Source of the DNA: Vulcanimicrobiota bacterium
GTDB lineage: Bacteria; Vulcanimicrobiota; Vulcanimicrobiia; Vulcanimicrobiales; Vulcanimicrobiaceae
Assembly: GCA_963833095.1 (NCBI GenBank)
Contig: CAWHWQ010000008.1
Location: forward strand, 128,001 to 192,000
DNA length: 64,000 nucleotides
Direction of reading: 5' to 3'
How positions within the stretch are numbered: position 1 is the first letter of the stretch; each line of letters starts with the position of its first letter. Positions 20,605-30,356 of this stretch are shown here, one piece after another. Both the position numbers and the translations under genes were made by a program. Under the pieces are notes generated by a model, which saw only the letters and a list, made by a program, of their open reading frames with translations, made no database searches and had not been told where the DNA came from.

Positions 20605-21849
20605 CTAGCGTACCTTTCCAAAAACGATCACGCTATTGTGGCCGCCGAAGCCGAACGAATTCGACAGCGCGACATTCACTGGTGCTTTACGCGCAACGTT
20701 GGGAACGTAGTCGAGCGTGCATTCGGGATCGGGAAATTCGTAATTGATCGTGGGCGGCATGATATCGGTGGCCACGGCCATCACCGTCGCCACGCCTTCG
20801 AGTCCGCCCGCGCCGCCGAGCGCGTGCCCGTGCATTGATTTGGTCGAGCTAACACCGATTTTCGAAGCGTGCGCGCCGAAGGCTTTTTCGATCGCTTTGG
20901 ACTCGGCCGGATCACCGATCGGCGTCGACGTGCCGTGGGCGTTGATGTGATCGACGTCGCCGGGTGAAATGCCCGCGGACTTAAACGCGCGAGCGAAGGC
21001 GAGCGCCACGCCGTCGCCGCTTGGATCGACCGCCACGAGGTCGTAGGCATCCGCGGACTGACCATAGCCGAGCACCTCGGCGTAGATCTTTGCGCCGCGT
21101 TTCTTTGCGTGCTCGTATTCCTCGAAAATCAAAACGCCGGCGCCCTCACCGAGCACAAAACCATCGCGTTCCTTATCGAACGGACGCGAGGCTTTGGTCG
21201 GCTCGTCGTTGCGCGTCGACATCGCTTTCATCGAACAGAATCCGCCGACCGCTAGCGGTGAAATGCAGGCCTCGCTGCCGCCGGTGATCATCGCCAGGGC
21301 GTCGCCGTGCGCAACCGCGTTATACGCGGTGCAGATCGCGTCGTTGGCCGATGCGCACGCGCTCGCCACCGAAAAAACGGGGCCGCGGAATCCATAGATC
21401 ATCGAAATATGCGCCGGCGCGGCATTCGCCATCAGCATCGGAATAAAAAACGGCGAGGTCTTGGTCCAATTGCCGACCTGCGCTGCCTTGAGCGACTCGT
21501 ACCAAAAGGTTTGGATGCCGCCGATGCCGCTGCCGATGATCGCCCCGACCTGATCCTTGAATGCCTGGTCCTCAGGGAGCGCGGCGTCGGCAATCGCCTC
21601 TTTGGTAGCGACAAAGGCATATTGCGCAAAGCGGTCCATCCGGCGCGAGAGCTTGCGCCCGACCAGCTCGTCGGCGTTGAAATCCTTGACCTCGGCGGCG
21701 ATCCGCGTGGTAAAGCCGCTTGCGTCGAAGACCGAAATCGGCCCGACGCCCGACTCGCCGGCGACCAGCCGCCGCCAAAACTCTGGGTAGGAATTTCCTA
21801 AGGGGGTCACGGCGCCCATGCCCGTGACGACGACTCGTCTTCTGCTCAA
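20605..21849 (-). CDS. fabF: Beta-ketoacyl-ACP synthase II
   Basis: VVVTGMG, SACAS, NAHGTST, KSMHGH and NSFGFGGHN motifs. Confidence 0.97.
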   Translation of the reverse strand: MSRRRVVVTGMGAVTPLGNSYPEFWRRLVAGESGVGPISVFDASGFTTRIAAEVKDFNADELVGRKLSRRMDRFAQYAFVATKEAIADAALPEDQAFKDQVGAIIGSGIGGIQTFWYESLKAAQVGNWTKTSPFFIPMLMANAAPAHISMIYGFRGPVFSVASACASANDAICTAYNAVAHGDALAMITGGSEACISPLAVGGFCSMKAMSTRNDEPTKASRPFDKERDGFVLGEGAGVLIFEEYEHAKKRGAKIYAEVLGYGQSADAYDLVAVDPSGDGVALAFARAFKSAGISPGDVDHINAHGTSTPIGDPAESKAIEKAFGAHASKIGVSSTKSMHGHALGGAGGLEGVATVMAVATDIMPPTINYEFPDPECTLDYVPNVARKAPVNVALSNSFGFGGHNSVIVFGKVR

Positions 21850-21904
21850 AACGCCTCACAGTTACGGCCGGGAGGGCGGTCACCCTTTTCCGAACGTTGC
21901 CAAG

Positions 21905-22222
21905 GTGAAACGCGTCGCATCGATTCTCGCGCTGGCAGCTCTGGTAGTGGCATTGACCGCAGGCGCCGGCGCGCAGCAACAAACCTTTTATACGGCGCAC
22001 GCCGGCCCAACCGGCCCGGTGCCGATCATCACGCCACAGCCGCTCCTCTACGACGGCTACTATTACCCGTATCCCTTCACGTGCAATAATCGCTTCTCGA
22101 GGAACAGCAAGCGCGGCGCCGCTCAGGGCAGCCACTACCGTAACGGCAACCACGGGAATCCGTGCAACGGGGGCCGCCCATCCCCACGCCCGAGCTATCA
22201 CCCTGCGCCGAAGCCAACCTAG
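21905..22222 (+). CDS. Small secreted hypothetical protein
   Basis: GTG start gives MKRVASILALAALVVALTAGAGA|QQQ, a signal peptide, followed by a Tyr/Pro-rich mature part. Confidence 0.6.
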   Translation: MKRVASILALAALVVALTAGAGAQQQTFYTAHAGPTGPVPIITPQPLLYDGYYYPYPFTCNNRFSRNSKRGAAQGSHYRNGNHGNPCNGGRPSPRPSYHPAPKPT

Positions 22223-22285
22223 CCGCACGATGCGGCTGAAGGTCCGGAGCGCAGGACGCGCGATTGGCCGAAGGCCAACCGGACC
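22221..22285. repeat. Multi-hairpin REP-like or terminator element between convergent genes
   Basis: AGCCGCA-CGA-TGCGGCT, then GGTCCGG...CCGGACC enclosing TTGGCC-GAA-GGCCAA. Confidence 0.55.
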
Positions 22286-22287
22286 AT

Positions 22288-22596
22288 CTACGCGCTAAAC
22301 GAGAAGATCGGGGCCGGGTAAACCCGTTCGGCTGCGATGGCCTGGACCGCGGAGTAAAGCCGCAATGCATTTCCATTCGCCGGCGGCACGAAGGTCGGAT
22401 CGGTCGAGGGCGGGACCACCGCCGCCGACTGTAGCGCTTGATAGGTCGGGAAGGCAGCCTGGCTGAGATTCTGCGAAGCTGTCGCCGCAGGCTTCCGCGG
22501 AGCAGGGGCAACCGCGGCTACGGGCGCCACCGCGGGACGAGCCGGGACCAGGGAGATGACGTGAGTCGGGGCGGCGGAGATTGGGGCGACCAGCAT
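22288..22596 (-). CDS. Hypothetical Ala/Pro-rich protein
   Basis: 102-aa ATG ORF filling the gap, divergent from rpmA; no recognised motif. Confidence 0.5.
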   Translation of the reverse strand: MLVAPISAAPTHVISLVPARPAVAPVAAVAPAPRKPAATASQNLSQAAFPTYQALQSAAVVPPSTDPTFVPPANGNALRLYSAVQAIAAERVYPAPIFSFSA

Positions 22597-22626
22597 AGTT
22601 AGTCCATTCTACCCGCAGAACGGTCC

Positions 22627-22656
22627 TTGCCAACCCTCCGAGCCCTTTGCTATACT
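22627..22656 (+). promoter_or_regulatory. Sigma70-type promoter of rpmA-obgE-nadD
   Basis: TTGCCA-18 nt-TATACT with a TG extension; the -10 box ends 9 nt before the ATG (near-leaderless). Confidence 0.65.
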
Positions 22657-22665
22657 CCCCAGGCT

Positions 22666-22950
22666 ATGTTCCAGTTCGACCTGCAGCTTTTTGCGTCCAA
22701 AAAGGGCGCCGGCTCCACCCGCAACGGGCGCGACTCCAATGCCCAACGTCTGGGCGTCAAGCGCTTCGGCGGCGAGCGTGTGCTCGCGGGTAATATCCTC
22801 GTGCGTCAGCGCGGCACCAAATTCTATCCGGGCGAAAACGTCGGGATGGGTAAGGATCACACGCTGTTCGCGCTGATTGAAGGCACCGTCGAGTTTTCGT
22901 CGCGCCGCAATCGCCAGCACATCAACGTGCGGCCGCCTTCCGCGGCATAA
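22666..22950 (+). CDS. rpmA: 50S ribosomal protein L27 with a 9-aa N-terminal extension
   Basis: [24 protein letters not shown]...[10 protein letters not shown]...GKDHTLFAL. Confidence 0.97.
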   Translation: MFQFDLQLFASKKGAGSTRNGRDSNAQRLGVKRFGGERVLAGNILVRQRGTKFYPGENVGMGKDHTLFALIEGTVEFSSRRNRQHINVRPPSAA

Positions 22951-22969
22951 ACCGCGCCGAAACACATTC

Positions 22970-24235
22970 CTGCAATTTATTGACGAAGCGACGATCACCG
23001 TAGCAGCCGGAAACGGCGGCGACGGTATTGTTGCATGGCGTCGAGAGAAATACGTTCCCAAAGGCGGCCCGGCCGGCGGCGACGGCGGTGGCGGCGGCAG
23101 CATCTATCTTCAAGCGACGTCGGAGCTTTCAACGCTCGTCGAGTTTCGCTATAAACGTCAATTCAATGCGGAATCCGGCAACGCCGGCGGTCAATCGAAT
23201 AAATCCGGGCGAAGCGGTCCGGATTTGACGATACCCGTACCCGTTGGCACGCTCGTGTATCGTACGCTCGAAGGCAAAGCCGAAACGTTTCTCATCGATC
23301 TCGCGCAGGACGGCGACCGCGCGCAAGTCGCGCGCGGCGGTAAAGGCGGTCTTGGGAATCAACATTTCGCCACCAGCACGCGCCAAGCACCGCGTATTGC
23401 GTACAACGGCGAACCGGGCGAACGTTGCGCATTGCGGCTCGAGCTCAAGCTGCTCGCCGATTGCGGCGTAATCGGCGTTCCCAATGCCGGTAAGTCGACA
23501 CTTCTTTCGGTTGTGTCGGCGGCGCGGCCCAAGATCGCCGATTATCCGTTCACGACGATCGAACCGCAACTGGGCGTCGTACGTGTCTCGGATGAAGAAT
23601 CGTTCGTCTTGGTTGACGTTCCCGGGTTGATCGAGGGCGCGCACGAAGGCGCCGGTTTAGGCGATCAATTTCTCAAGCACGTCGAGCGCACGCGCGCGCT
23701 CGTGCATCTGCTCGACGGCGCAAAGCCGCTCGACGAGATCTTGCACGACAAGACGACGATCGAAGGCGAACTGCGCGCGTGGAATCCTGCGCTGCTCGAG
23801 CGGCCGACGCTGCTGGTCATCAGCAAGCTCGATCTGCCCGATGCGCAAGAGCGTTTGAACGAACTGCGCGAACAATTCCCGGATGCACGCGGCATCAGTT
23901 CGGCTACGCGCGACGGCGTGCAAGAGCTCGTCTATGCGATTTGGCAGACGATCAAGGACGCACCGCCGCCGCAGATCGTCACGCCGCCGCCGGCGCTCAT
24001 CGAACTCGTGCCCGACGAAGCTTTCGCGATCGAACGCGATACCGAGGGCGCCTTTGTCCTCACCGGACCACGCATCGAACGCCTCGCCGCGGTAACGAAC
24101 TTCGATTCGGATGAAGGGCTGGCGCGCTTCGAGCGTACGCTCGCGAAGATGGGCGTGGAAAAAAAATTACGTGAACTTGGTGCAGTCGAAGGGGATACGG
24201 TCCGAATTGGGCCGTACGAGTTCACATACTCGTGA
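22970..24235 (+). CDS. obgE: GTPase ObgE with C-terminal extension; probable CTG start
   Basis: QFIDEA, GGDGGGGG, GVPNAGKST, YPFTT, DVPGL and SKLD motifs; the conserved Met position is CTG 22970. Confidence 0.95.
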   Translation: MQFIDEATITVAAGNGGDGIVAWRREKYVPKGGPAGGDGGGGGSIYLQATSELSTLVEFRYKRQFNAESGNAGGQSNKSGRSGPDLTIPVPVGTLVYRTLEGKAETFLIDLAQDGDRAQVARGGKGGLGNQHFATSTRQAPRIAYNGEPGERCALRLELKLLADCGVIGVPNAGKSTLLSVVSAARPKIADYPFTTIEPQLGVVRVSDEESFVLVDVPGLIEGAHEGAGLGDQFLKHVERTRALVHLLDGAKPLDEILHDKTTIEGELRAWNPALLERPTLLVISKLDLPDAQERLNELREQFPDARGISSATRDGVQELVYAIWQTIKDAPPPQIVTPPPALIELVPDEAFAIERDTEGAFVLTGPRIERLAAVTNFDSDEGLARFERTLAKMGVEKKLRELGAVEGDTVRIGPYEFTYS

Positions 24236-24840
24236 GACTCGGAATTTTCGGCGGCACGTTCGACCCGATTCACAACGCGCATCTCTTCCTCGCAGAATCG
24301 GCGCGGTTGCTCGAAGGGCTGGATCGCGTGCTCTGGGTGCCGACCAAAGAAAAGAAGCACTACCGTGACGCCGCGCAAGTCGATGCAGCGCACCGTTGCG
24401 CGATGATTCTTGCGGGAATCGAAGGCAACGCAGGCTTTGCGCTCGATGAGTGCGATTTGCGCGACGACAGCACCGGCTACACGGCCGATCTGCTGCCGTT
24501 ACTCAAGAAGAAGTATCCGAAGGCGACCTTTACCTTCGTCATCGGCGCGGACTCGCTCGCGAACTCGCCCTGGGAGCGTTTCGACGAAGTGCTCGAGCAG
24601 CTCGAACGCTTCGTGATCGCGCCGCGTATCGGCGTGCGTCCCGAAGCATTGCAGCGGGTGATAGCCGCGGTTCCCAAGGGGCTGCGCGAGCGCATCGCAA
24701 CGCTCAATATGCCCGAGCTCACCGAGTCGGCTACGCTGGTACGGACGCTCCTCTCGCAGGGACGCAGCGTACGGTATCTCGTACCCGAGGCGGTATGGCA
24801 GTACATCGTCGCCCACAACCTCTACGGCATCGAGCGTTAA
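24232..24840 (+). CDS. nadD: Nicotinate-nucleotide adenylyltransferase
   Basis: GIFGGTFDPIHNAH, IGADS and SATLVR motifs. Confidence 0.95.
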   Translation: MRLGIFGGTFDPIHNAHLFLAESARLLEGLDRVLWVPTKEKKHYRDAAQVDAAHRCAMILAGIEGNAGFALDECDLRDDSTGYTADLLPLLKKKYPKATFTFVIGADSLANSPWERFDEVLEQLERFVIAPRIGVRPEALQRVIAAVPKGLRERIATLNMPELTESATLVRTLLSQGRSVRYLVPEAVWQYIVAHNLYGIER

Positions 24841-25238
24841 TCGTTGCCCTCGGCCTGTTCGCGCTCGCCGGGTGCGCTTCCGGGCATTCGGAGCAGCCCG
24901 ACAACGCGCACGTCTGCGCCCTCTACGCCAGTGGCGCAAGCGACGCCGAAGTCGTTGCCCAAGGCACAGTGCTTACCGTCCTCGGCACGCGCAACGGCCC
25001 CAGCGGCGACCACGAAGGCTTTTTGCTCAAGCTCGCCCAGCAATGCGATTTGATGCTGCGCGTCGAGACCAACGTCGATATCACGGGGCCCGTGCCGCTG
25101 CGCGCGGGTGAGACGGTCACGGTCAAGGGGCAATTCGAAGATGACGCGACCGGCGGCGTGATCCATTGGACGCACCACGATCCCTCGGGGCGTCACGTCG
25201 GCGGCTACGTGCTCGCCGGCGGCAAATACTACGAATAG
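24795..25238 (+). CDS. DUF3465-like lipoprotein
   Basis: LAGC lipobox and GGVIHWTHHDP.GRH.GG motif; ATG 24795 follows GAGG. Confidence 0.75.
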   Translation: MAVHRRPQPLRHRALIVALGLFALAGCASGHSEQPDNAHVCALYASGASDAEVVAQGTVLTVLGTRNGPSGDHEGFLLKLAQQCDLMLRVETNVDITGPVPLRAGETVTVKGQFEDDATGGVIHWTHHDPSGRHVGGYVLAGGKYYE

Positions 25239-25241
25239 GCA

Positions 25242-26358
25242 TTATCGGGTGCTGCGAGCAAATCGCACGCTTGCGAGCACGAAGATCGCGACGCCGTAGC
25301 CCAGCATCGGCAGGATGGAGGGCCAAAGCTGCGCGATCCCGGCGCCGCGAATGATGATCCCGCGCAAAATCTCTATGTAATACGTGAGCGGGATCACGTA
25401 ACCGAACATCTGCATCGGCAGCGGCATCAGCGAGCGTTCGAAGACCGCACCGCTTACCAGCACCGATGGCAGCAAGATGAAAATCGCCATGAGCTGAGCT
25501 TGGATCTGCGTCTGCGCGATGGTTGAGATGAGGAGTCCCAGTCCGAGCGAGACCAGCAAAAAGCATAGCGACAGTACGGTCAGCAAAAGTACGTTTCCGG
25601 CGATCGGGACGGCGAAGACGAAGACCAATCCCGCGAGAACCGCTAAGAACTGTATGCCCGCCACCAGGACGTAGGGGATCAGTTTTCCGAGCATCAAACC
25701 CGCCGTGCCGATCGGCGTCACCAGCAATTGATCCAGCGTGCCCTTCTCGCGCTCGCCCACGATGGCGAGCGCCGTCAGCATGATCGTGATGTTCTGCATC
25801 ACTAGGCCAATGAGTCCAGGAACGAAGAAATTCGCGCTGCGCATTGCCGGATTGAATAAAACGACCGGACGCACTTCGAACGGCGGGACGGTCTCGGGCG
25901 TGAGATCGCGCAGCGGAATTCCGCCGAGCGCTACCGCAGACCCGTAGGCAACTTGCGCAATCGACGAATCCGAACCGTCGATGAAAGCCCCGACCGCCGG
26001 ATGCCGCCCGGCCAAGAGATCGGCGGTGAAATTTTGCGGGATATCAAACGCGGCGCGCACTTTCCCCGCCACGATCGCATCGATCAAGCCCTGCCGATTC
26101 GGTACCTCCTCCACGACCTCGAAGGTGCGCGAGCCGTTTAGGCTGTCGACGAATGCTTGCGCTGCCGGCCCACGATCTTCGCGATAAACCGCCGCCGGTA
26201 CGTGCTCGACCGTGGTATTGATCGCATAGCCCAACAGCAAGAGTTGTAAAAGCGGCACACCGACTGCAAGTGCGAGCGTAACCGGACTGCGAAGAATTTG
26301 GCGCAGCTCTTTGTACACGACCGCGCTGCATCCCCGAAAAATCGAAGAGTCCGCTCAT
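25242..26358 (-). CDS. ABC-2 type transporter permease, probable 5' frameshift
   Basis: KELRQ, DGSDS, VPGLIG, EREKGTLDQLLVTP and GKLIPY; ATG 26358 is out of frame by 1. Confidence 0.9.
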
Positions 26359-27294
26359 GCTGCCTCGGTCTTGCGGGTGAGCGCAACGAACGCGTCTTCG
26401 AGCGAGGGGCGAATGACCGAGACGCGCGTTGGATCCATGCCCAGCGTCTGCGCCAGCTCGGCCGCGCTAACGTCGCGGTCGACGACAACATGAATGTCGC
26501 GCCCGAAGATCGTCGCGTCACGCACGCTTCGGACATCGTGAACGCGCCGAAAGGTCTCCATGACGTCGTCCGTTGCGACCGCATAGCGTACCGTCCCCGG
26601 CGGCGTAACGTCGGGCAGCGAGCAGATTTCATCCGGCGATCCGCTTGCAAGCACATGGCCTTCGTAGATGTAAGCCAGTGACGAACAGCGTTCCGCCTCG
26701 TCCATGTAGTGGGTGGTCACGAAGAACGTCTTGCCGGCCGATGCAAGCGAAAGAGCAAATCCCAAAGATCGCGTCGCGCAACCGGATCGATGCCCGCGGT
26801 GGGCTCATCCAGAAAAACGACCGGCGGATCGTGGATGAGCGCACAGGCCCAGCGCGAGGCGCCGCTGCCATCCGCCCGAAAGGCTCGACGCGAGATAGTT
26901 CCGATACCCGCCGATGCCGACGATCTCGACGACGCGCGCCTTACGCGAGCGTGCGCGTGCCGCCCGAAAGGCCGTAGGCACGCGCATAGAATTCGAGGTT
27001 TTCGTCGACCGTCAAATCGCCGTACATCGAGAAGCCCTGCGCCATGTAGCCGATCGAACGACGAACGTCGCTCGACTGGCTCTCGACGTCATATCCCGCG
27101 ACACGTGCGCGTCGCCGGACGTTGGATGAACCAGACCGCAGAGCATTTTGATGGTCGTGGTCTTTCCGCTGCCGTTGGGACCGAGAAACCCGAAGATGCT
27201 TCCGGCGAGGATCGAAAAACAGAGCATCGTCGACAACGGCGCGCTCGCCGTACTGTTTGGTCAAGCCGTCGAGTACGATCGCATCGTCACTCAC
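26355..27294 (-). CDS. ABC transporter ATP-binding protein, several frameshifts
   Basis: Fragments [20 protein letters not shown] and TTHYMDEAE fall in different frames. Confidence 0.88.
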
Positions 27295-28379
27295 TGCGGG
27301 TCGACCGTCACGGTCGTGCCGTCGAGCAGCTGTGATCGGGATCGCGAATGCGGATCTTTACTCCGTAGACGAGTTCGGCGCGCTGGTCGGCGGTCTCGAC
27401 GTTCTGCGGCGTGAACTGCGCGGTGCGGTCGTAGCGCCTCGACCTTTCCTGAAAACGTGCCCGCGCCGGCGTCGGAATGCACGGCGAGTGATTTTGCTTG
27501 CCGAACCGTTTCCAGATCGCTCTGCGACGCGTAAATGTAGACGTAGGGATCGGCGAAGGTGTCGATGACCGCGGCAGGCTGATTCGCCGCCAGCATATCA
27601 CCGGGATGCAAATTGAAGCTCGCGACCACACCGTCAACGGTTGAATAGACCGTTGCTTCGCGCAGTTCGGCGAGCGCGTGGGCGGCGGCGGCATCGGCGC
27701 TGCGAGTTTGAGACTGTGCTTGCGCGATCTGCGCCGCGGAGCCGGCTACGGCCGCCGATAGGTTTGCGCTCGCGGCGACGGCGTTCGCTCGTGCAGCCGC
27801 ACTTTCGCCCGGAAGATCCGCACCGACGAGTTGCGCGAGTTGCGCTTGCGTCTGGCGGACGGTTGCACGCGCCTGATCGCGGGCGGCTCGCGCTTGATCC
27901 AAACTCTGGAGCGACACGTCGCCGGTCGCCGCAAGTGCTGCGCTGCGCGCATAGTTTTTTTCGGTGAGCCGTTCATTGGCACGCGCATCGGCAACCGCCG
28001 CGCGCGCGGCCCGGATCCGATCCTGCGCTCCGCCGATCGTTTGGGTGTAAGTAGCGCCGGTTGAAAGGCTCGAGCCGCGAGCTTGCTCGATTTGACTGGG
28101 CAGCGTGCCGGTCTGCAACACGCGAAGTGCGGCTTGCGCTGCGCGCCCTTGCGCCACGGCTTGATCGTAGGTCGCCGTCGGCAAAGCCGAATCGAGGCGT
28201 ACAATGACGGCTCCGCGCTTGACGGTTTGCCCCGCAGCGACCTCGGTTGCGATTACTCGTCCCCCGACCTGGCTTCCGACCGAAACGTATTCGGTCTGCA
28301 CCGTTCCGCTGAATCCGGGCCGCGGAGCGGCGCACGAAACGAGCACGGCAAAACTGAGTGCGACAGCTGCGACCCTCAT
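27291..28379 (-). CDS. HlyD-family membrane fusion protein, compensating frameshifts near the 3' end
   Basis: Lipoprotein-like N-terminus, SQVGGRV, coiled coil; QFTPQNVET...LVYGVKI sits in an alternate frame. Confidence 0.85.
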   Translation of the reverse strand: MRVAAVALSFAVLVSCAAPRPGFSGTVQTEYVSVGSQVGGRVIATEVAAGQTVKRGAVIVRLDSALPTATYDQAVAQGRAAQAALRVLQTGTLPSQIEQARGSSLSTGATYTQTIGGAQDRIRAARAAVADARANERLTEKNYARSAALAATGDVSLQSLDQARAARDQARATVRQTQAQLAQLVGADLPGESAAARANAVAASANLSAAVAGSAAQIAQAQSQTRSADAAAAHALAELREATVYSTVDGVVASFNLHPGDMLAANQPAAVIDTFADPYVYIYASQSDLETVRQAKSLAVHSDAGAGTFSGKVEALRPHRAVHAAERRDRRPARRTRLRSKDPHSRSRSQLLDGTTVTVDPQ

Positions 28380-28415
28380 CTAGGCATCATCCTAGCATGG
28401 GAATAAGAAGGACCC

Positions 28416-29021
28416 GTGATCCTCGAATCGATCGTGCTTGCCAGCGCCTCGCCGCGCCGACTCGAACTTCTACGCTCGCTGGGCCTGGCCGTGCGTGTGG
28501 AACCGAGCCGCTACGACGAGCCCGATGACCCTTCGGCGACGCCGGTAGCGTTGGCGGTTCGGCACGCTGCCGCCAAGGCGCGTGACGTTCAAGCACGTTT
28601 CCCCGACGATCTGCTCGTCGCGGCGGACACGGTGGTCGACGTCGATGGGATGTCGCTGGGAAAACCTCGCGATCGCGCCGACGCCGCCCGCATGTTGCGC
28701 TCGCTTTCCGGCCGGGCGCACCGGGTGCACACCGCTTACGCGATCGCATTTCCGGGACGCCGCGATCTGATCGAAGAGTGCTCGACCACCCGGGTGCGCT
28801 TTTATCCGCTCGGTGACGACGACATTGCGGAGTATATTGCCACCGGCGAGTCGATGGATAAGGCCGGCGGCTACGGTATTCAGGGCCGCGCTGCGGCGCT
28901 CGTCGAGTCGATCGACGGCGACTTTTACACCGTCATGGGCTTCCCGCTTGCCCGCTTCGTTCGATCGTTGCGCCGGTTGGGTTTTGCGTTACCCCCGGCG
29001 AAGAACACTCCCAACGAATAG
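28416..29021 (+). CDS. maf: Maf nucleoside triphosphate pyrophosphatase
   Basis: LASASPRR, ADTVV, GKP and DKAGGYGIQG motifs. Confidence 0.96.
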   Translation: MILESIVLASASPRRLELLRSLGLAVRVEPSRYDEPDDPSATPVALAVRHAAAKARDVQARFPDDLLVAADTVVDVDGMSLGKPRDRADAARMLRSLSGRAHRVHTAYAIAFPGRRDLIEECSTTRVRFYPLGDDDIAEYIATGESMDKAGGYGIQGRAAALVESIDGDFYTVMGFPLARFVRSLRRLGFALPPAKNTPNE

Positions 29022-29041
29022 GGCTTTTCCGGGAGCCGGCC

Positions 29042-29848
29042 ATCTTTACTTATCGCGACGAGCGCAAATTATTCGCGCTAATTGCCGTCATCATCGTGGC
29101 GGCGACGCTGGCGCTCGTGCAAATCAACGCCGAACGCGCGGGCACGACAAGTCCGCTCACCGCAGCGGCGACCGCGCTTGCATCGTTTGCCGAAAGCGCC
29201 ACAGCAATCGTGATCGATGGCGCGCGCGGCGGCGTCGGCGCAGTTGCCGCGTTGCCCTCGCTTGAAAAAGACAACGCGCGGCTACGCAGTGAAAATGAAA
29301 CGCTGGCGGCCGACAACGCGCGCTTGCACGAACTCGCTGCCCAGTATGCCGCCGAGGTCAGCGTTCGCCCCGCCGTTGATGTCAATCCGTCCGGCATCGA
29401 AGCTCGTGTGATCGGCTTTCCCCCGGAGAACGACTCGCGCACCGTCACCATCGACCGTGGGACCAACGCCGGCGTGCATAAAGATGACGGCGTAATCGCA
29501 AGTGGCGGCGTTGTCGGACGTGTCGAGTCCGTCGGCCCGTTCTCCAGCGACGTCGTGCTCATCACCGATTACACGAGCCGTATTCCCGCCGTGACGCGCC
29601 GCGGGCGTTACTGGGGTATCGCGCGCGGTAATTTGTCGAGCGTGCGCGTCGAGTACATTCCGCAAGATGCGCCGATCAAGCCCGGTGAGGTCATCGTGAC
29701 GGGGCAAGGCCGTTCGTTCCATTCGGGCGTTCCCATCGGTACGATTATTTCCGTCGAACGCAGTGACGCTGCGCTCTCTCAAACTGCCGTCCTTCGTCCC
29801 GCCGTCAATCTCGGCGCCCTCGATCGCGTTGTCGTCGTCCCGCAATAG
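29042..29848 (+). CDS. mreC: Rod shape-determining protein MreC; probable ATC start
   Basis: TM segment, coiled coil, TIDRG, GVVGRV, LITD and GVPIG. The frame is open upstream to ATC 29042, which follows GGAG. Confidence 0.92.
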   Translation: MFTYRDERKLFALIAVIIVAATLALVQINAERAGTTSPLTAAATALASFAESATAIVIDGARGGVGAVAALPSLEKDNARLRSENETLAADNARLHELAAQYAAEVSVRPAVDVNPSGIEARVIGFPPENDSRTVTIDRGTNAGVHKDDGVIASGGVVGRVESVGPFSSDVVLITDYTSRIPAVTRRGRYWGIARGNLSSVRVEYIPQDAPIKPGEVIVTGQGRSFHSGVPIGTIISVERSDAALSQTAVLRPAVNLGALDRVVVVPQ

Positions 29849-30356
29849 AATCCACATCGGTCGGATCATCGCACCGGCGTGGTACATTTCCGCGGGGTGG
29901 CTCGTGCTCGCGCTTTTCGTGCAAGTAACGATCATGCATCGGCTGGGTATTCGTAACGTCGAGCCGAGCCTGGTATTGGTTGCGGTGGTGTGGTACGCGA
30001 TTCGCGTGGAGCCATGGCGGGCCGGCGCGTATGGACTCGCGGCCGGCATCGGTGAAGATGTGCTCTCCTACGGAACCGGCGGAGCTTGGACGATCTCGAC
30101 GACGGCCGTAGCCATCGTTGCCAGCATGATCTCTCGCGGGTTCTTTGCCGACTCGATTCCATTAGTCGCAACCATTACGTTTGTCGCGACGCTCGTCCGT
30201 CAGTTGATCTTCTGGGTTGCAATGGGCTTTGAAGGCTATCCAAGCGGTCTTGGCATGATGCATTTCCACGAAGCGCTCTTCGGAGCGCTGCTCAACGCCG
30301 CGGTAATGATGCTCGTGATGCTCGTGAGCCGGCGCTTCGATAGCCGCTACGCATGA
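29829..30356 (+). CDS. mreD: Rod shape-determining protein MreD
   Basis: Hydrophobic, EPSLVL and GIGEDVL motifs, between mreC and mrdA. TTG start is uncertain. Confidence 0.85.
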   Translation: MSSSRNRIHIGRIIAPAWYISAGWLVLALFVQVTIMHRLGIRNVEPSLVLVAVVWYAIRVEPWRAGAYGLAAGIGEDVLSYGTGGAWTISTTAVAIVASMISRGFFADSIPLVATITFVATLVRQLIFWVAMGFEGYPSGLGMMHFHEALFGALLNAAVMMLVMLVSRRFDSRYA

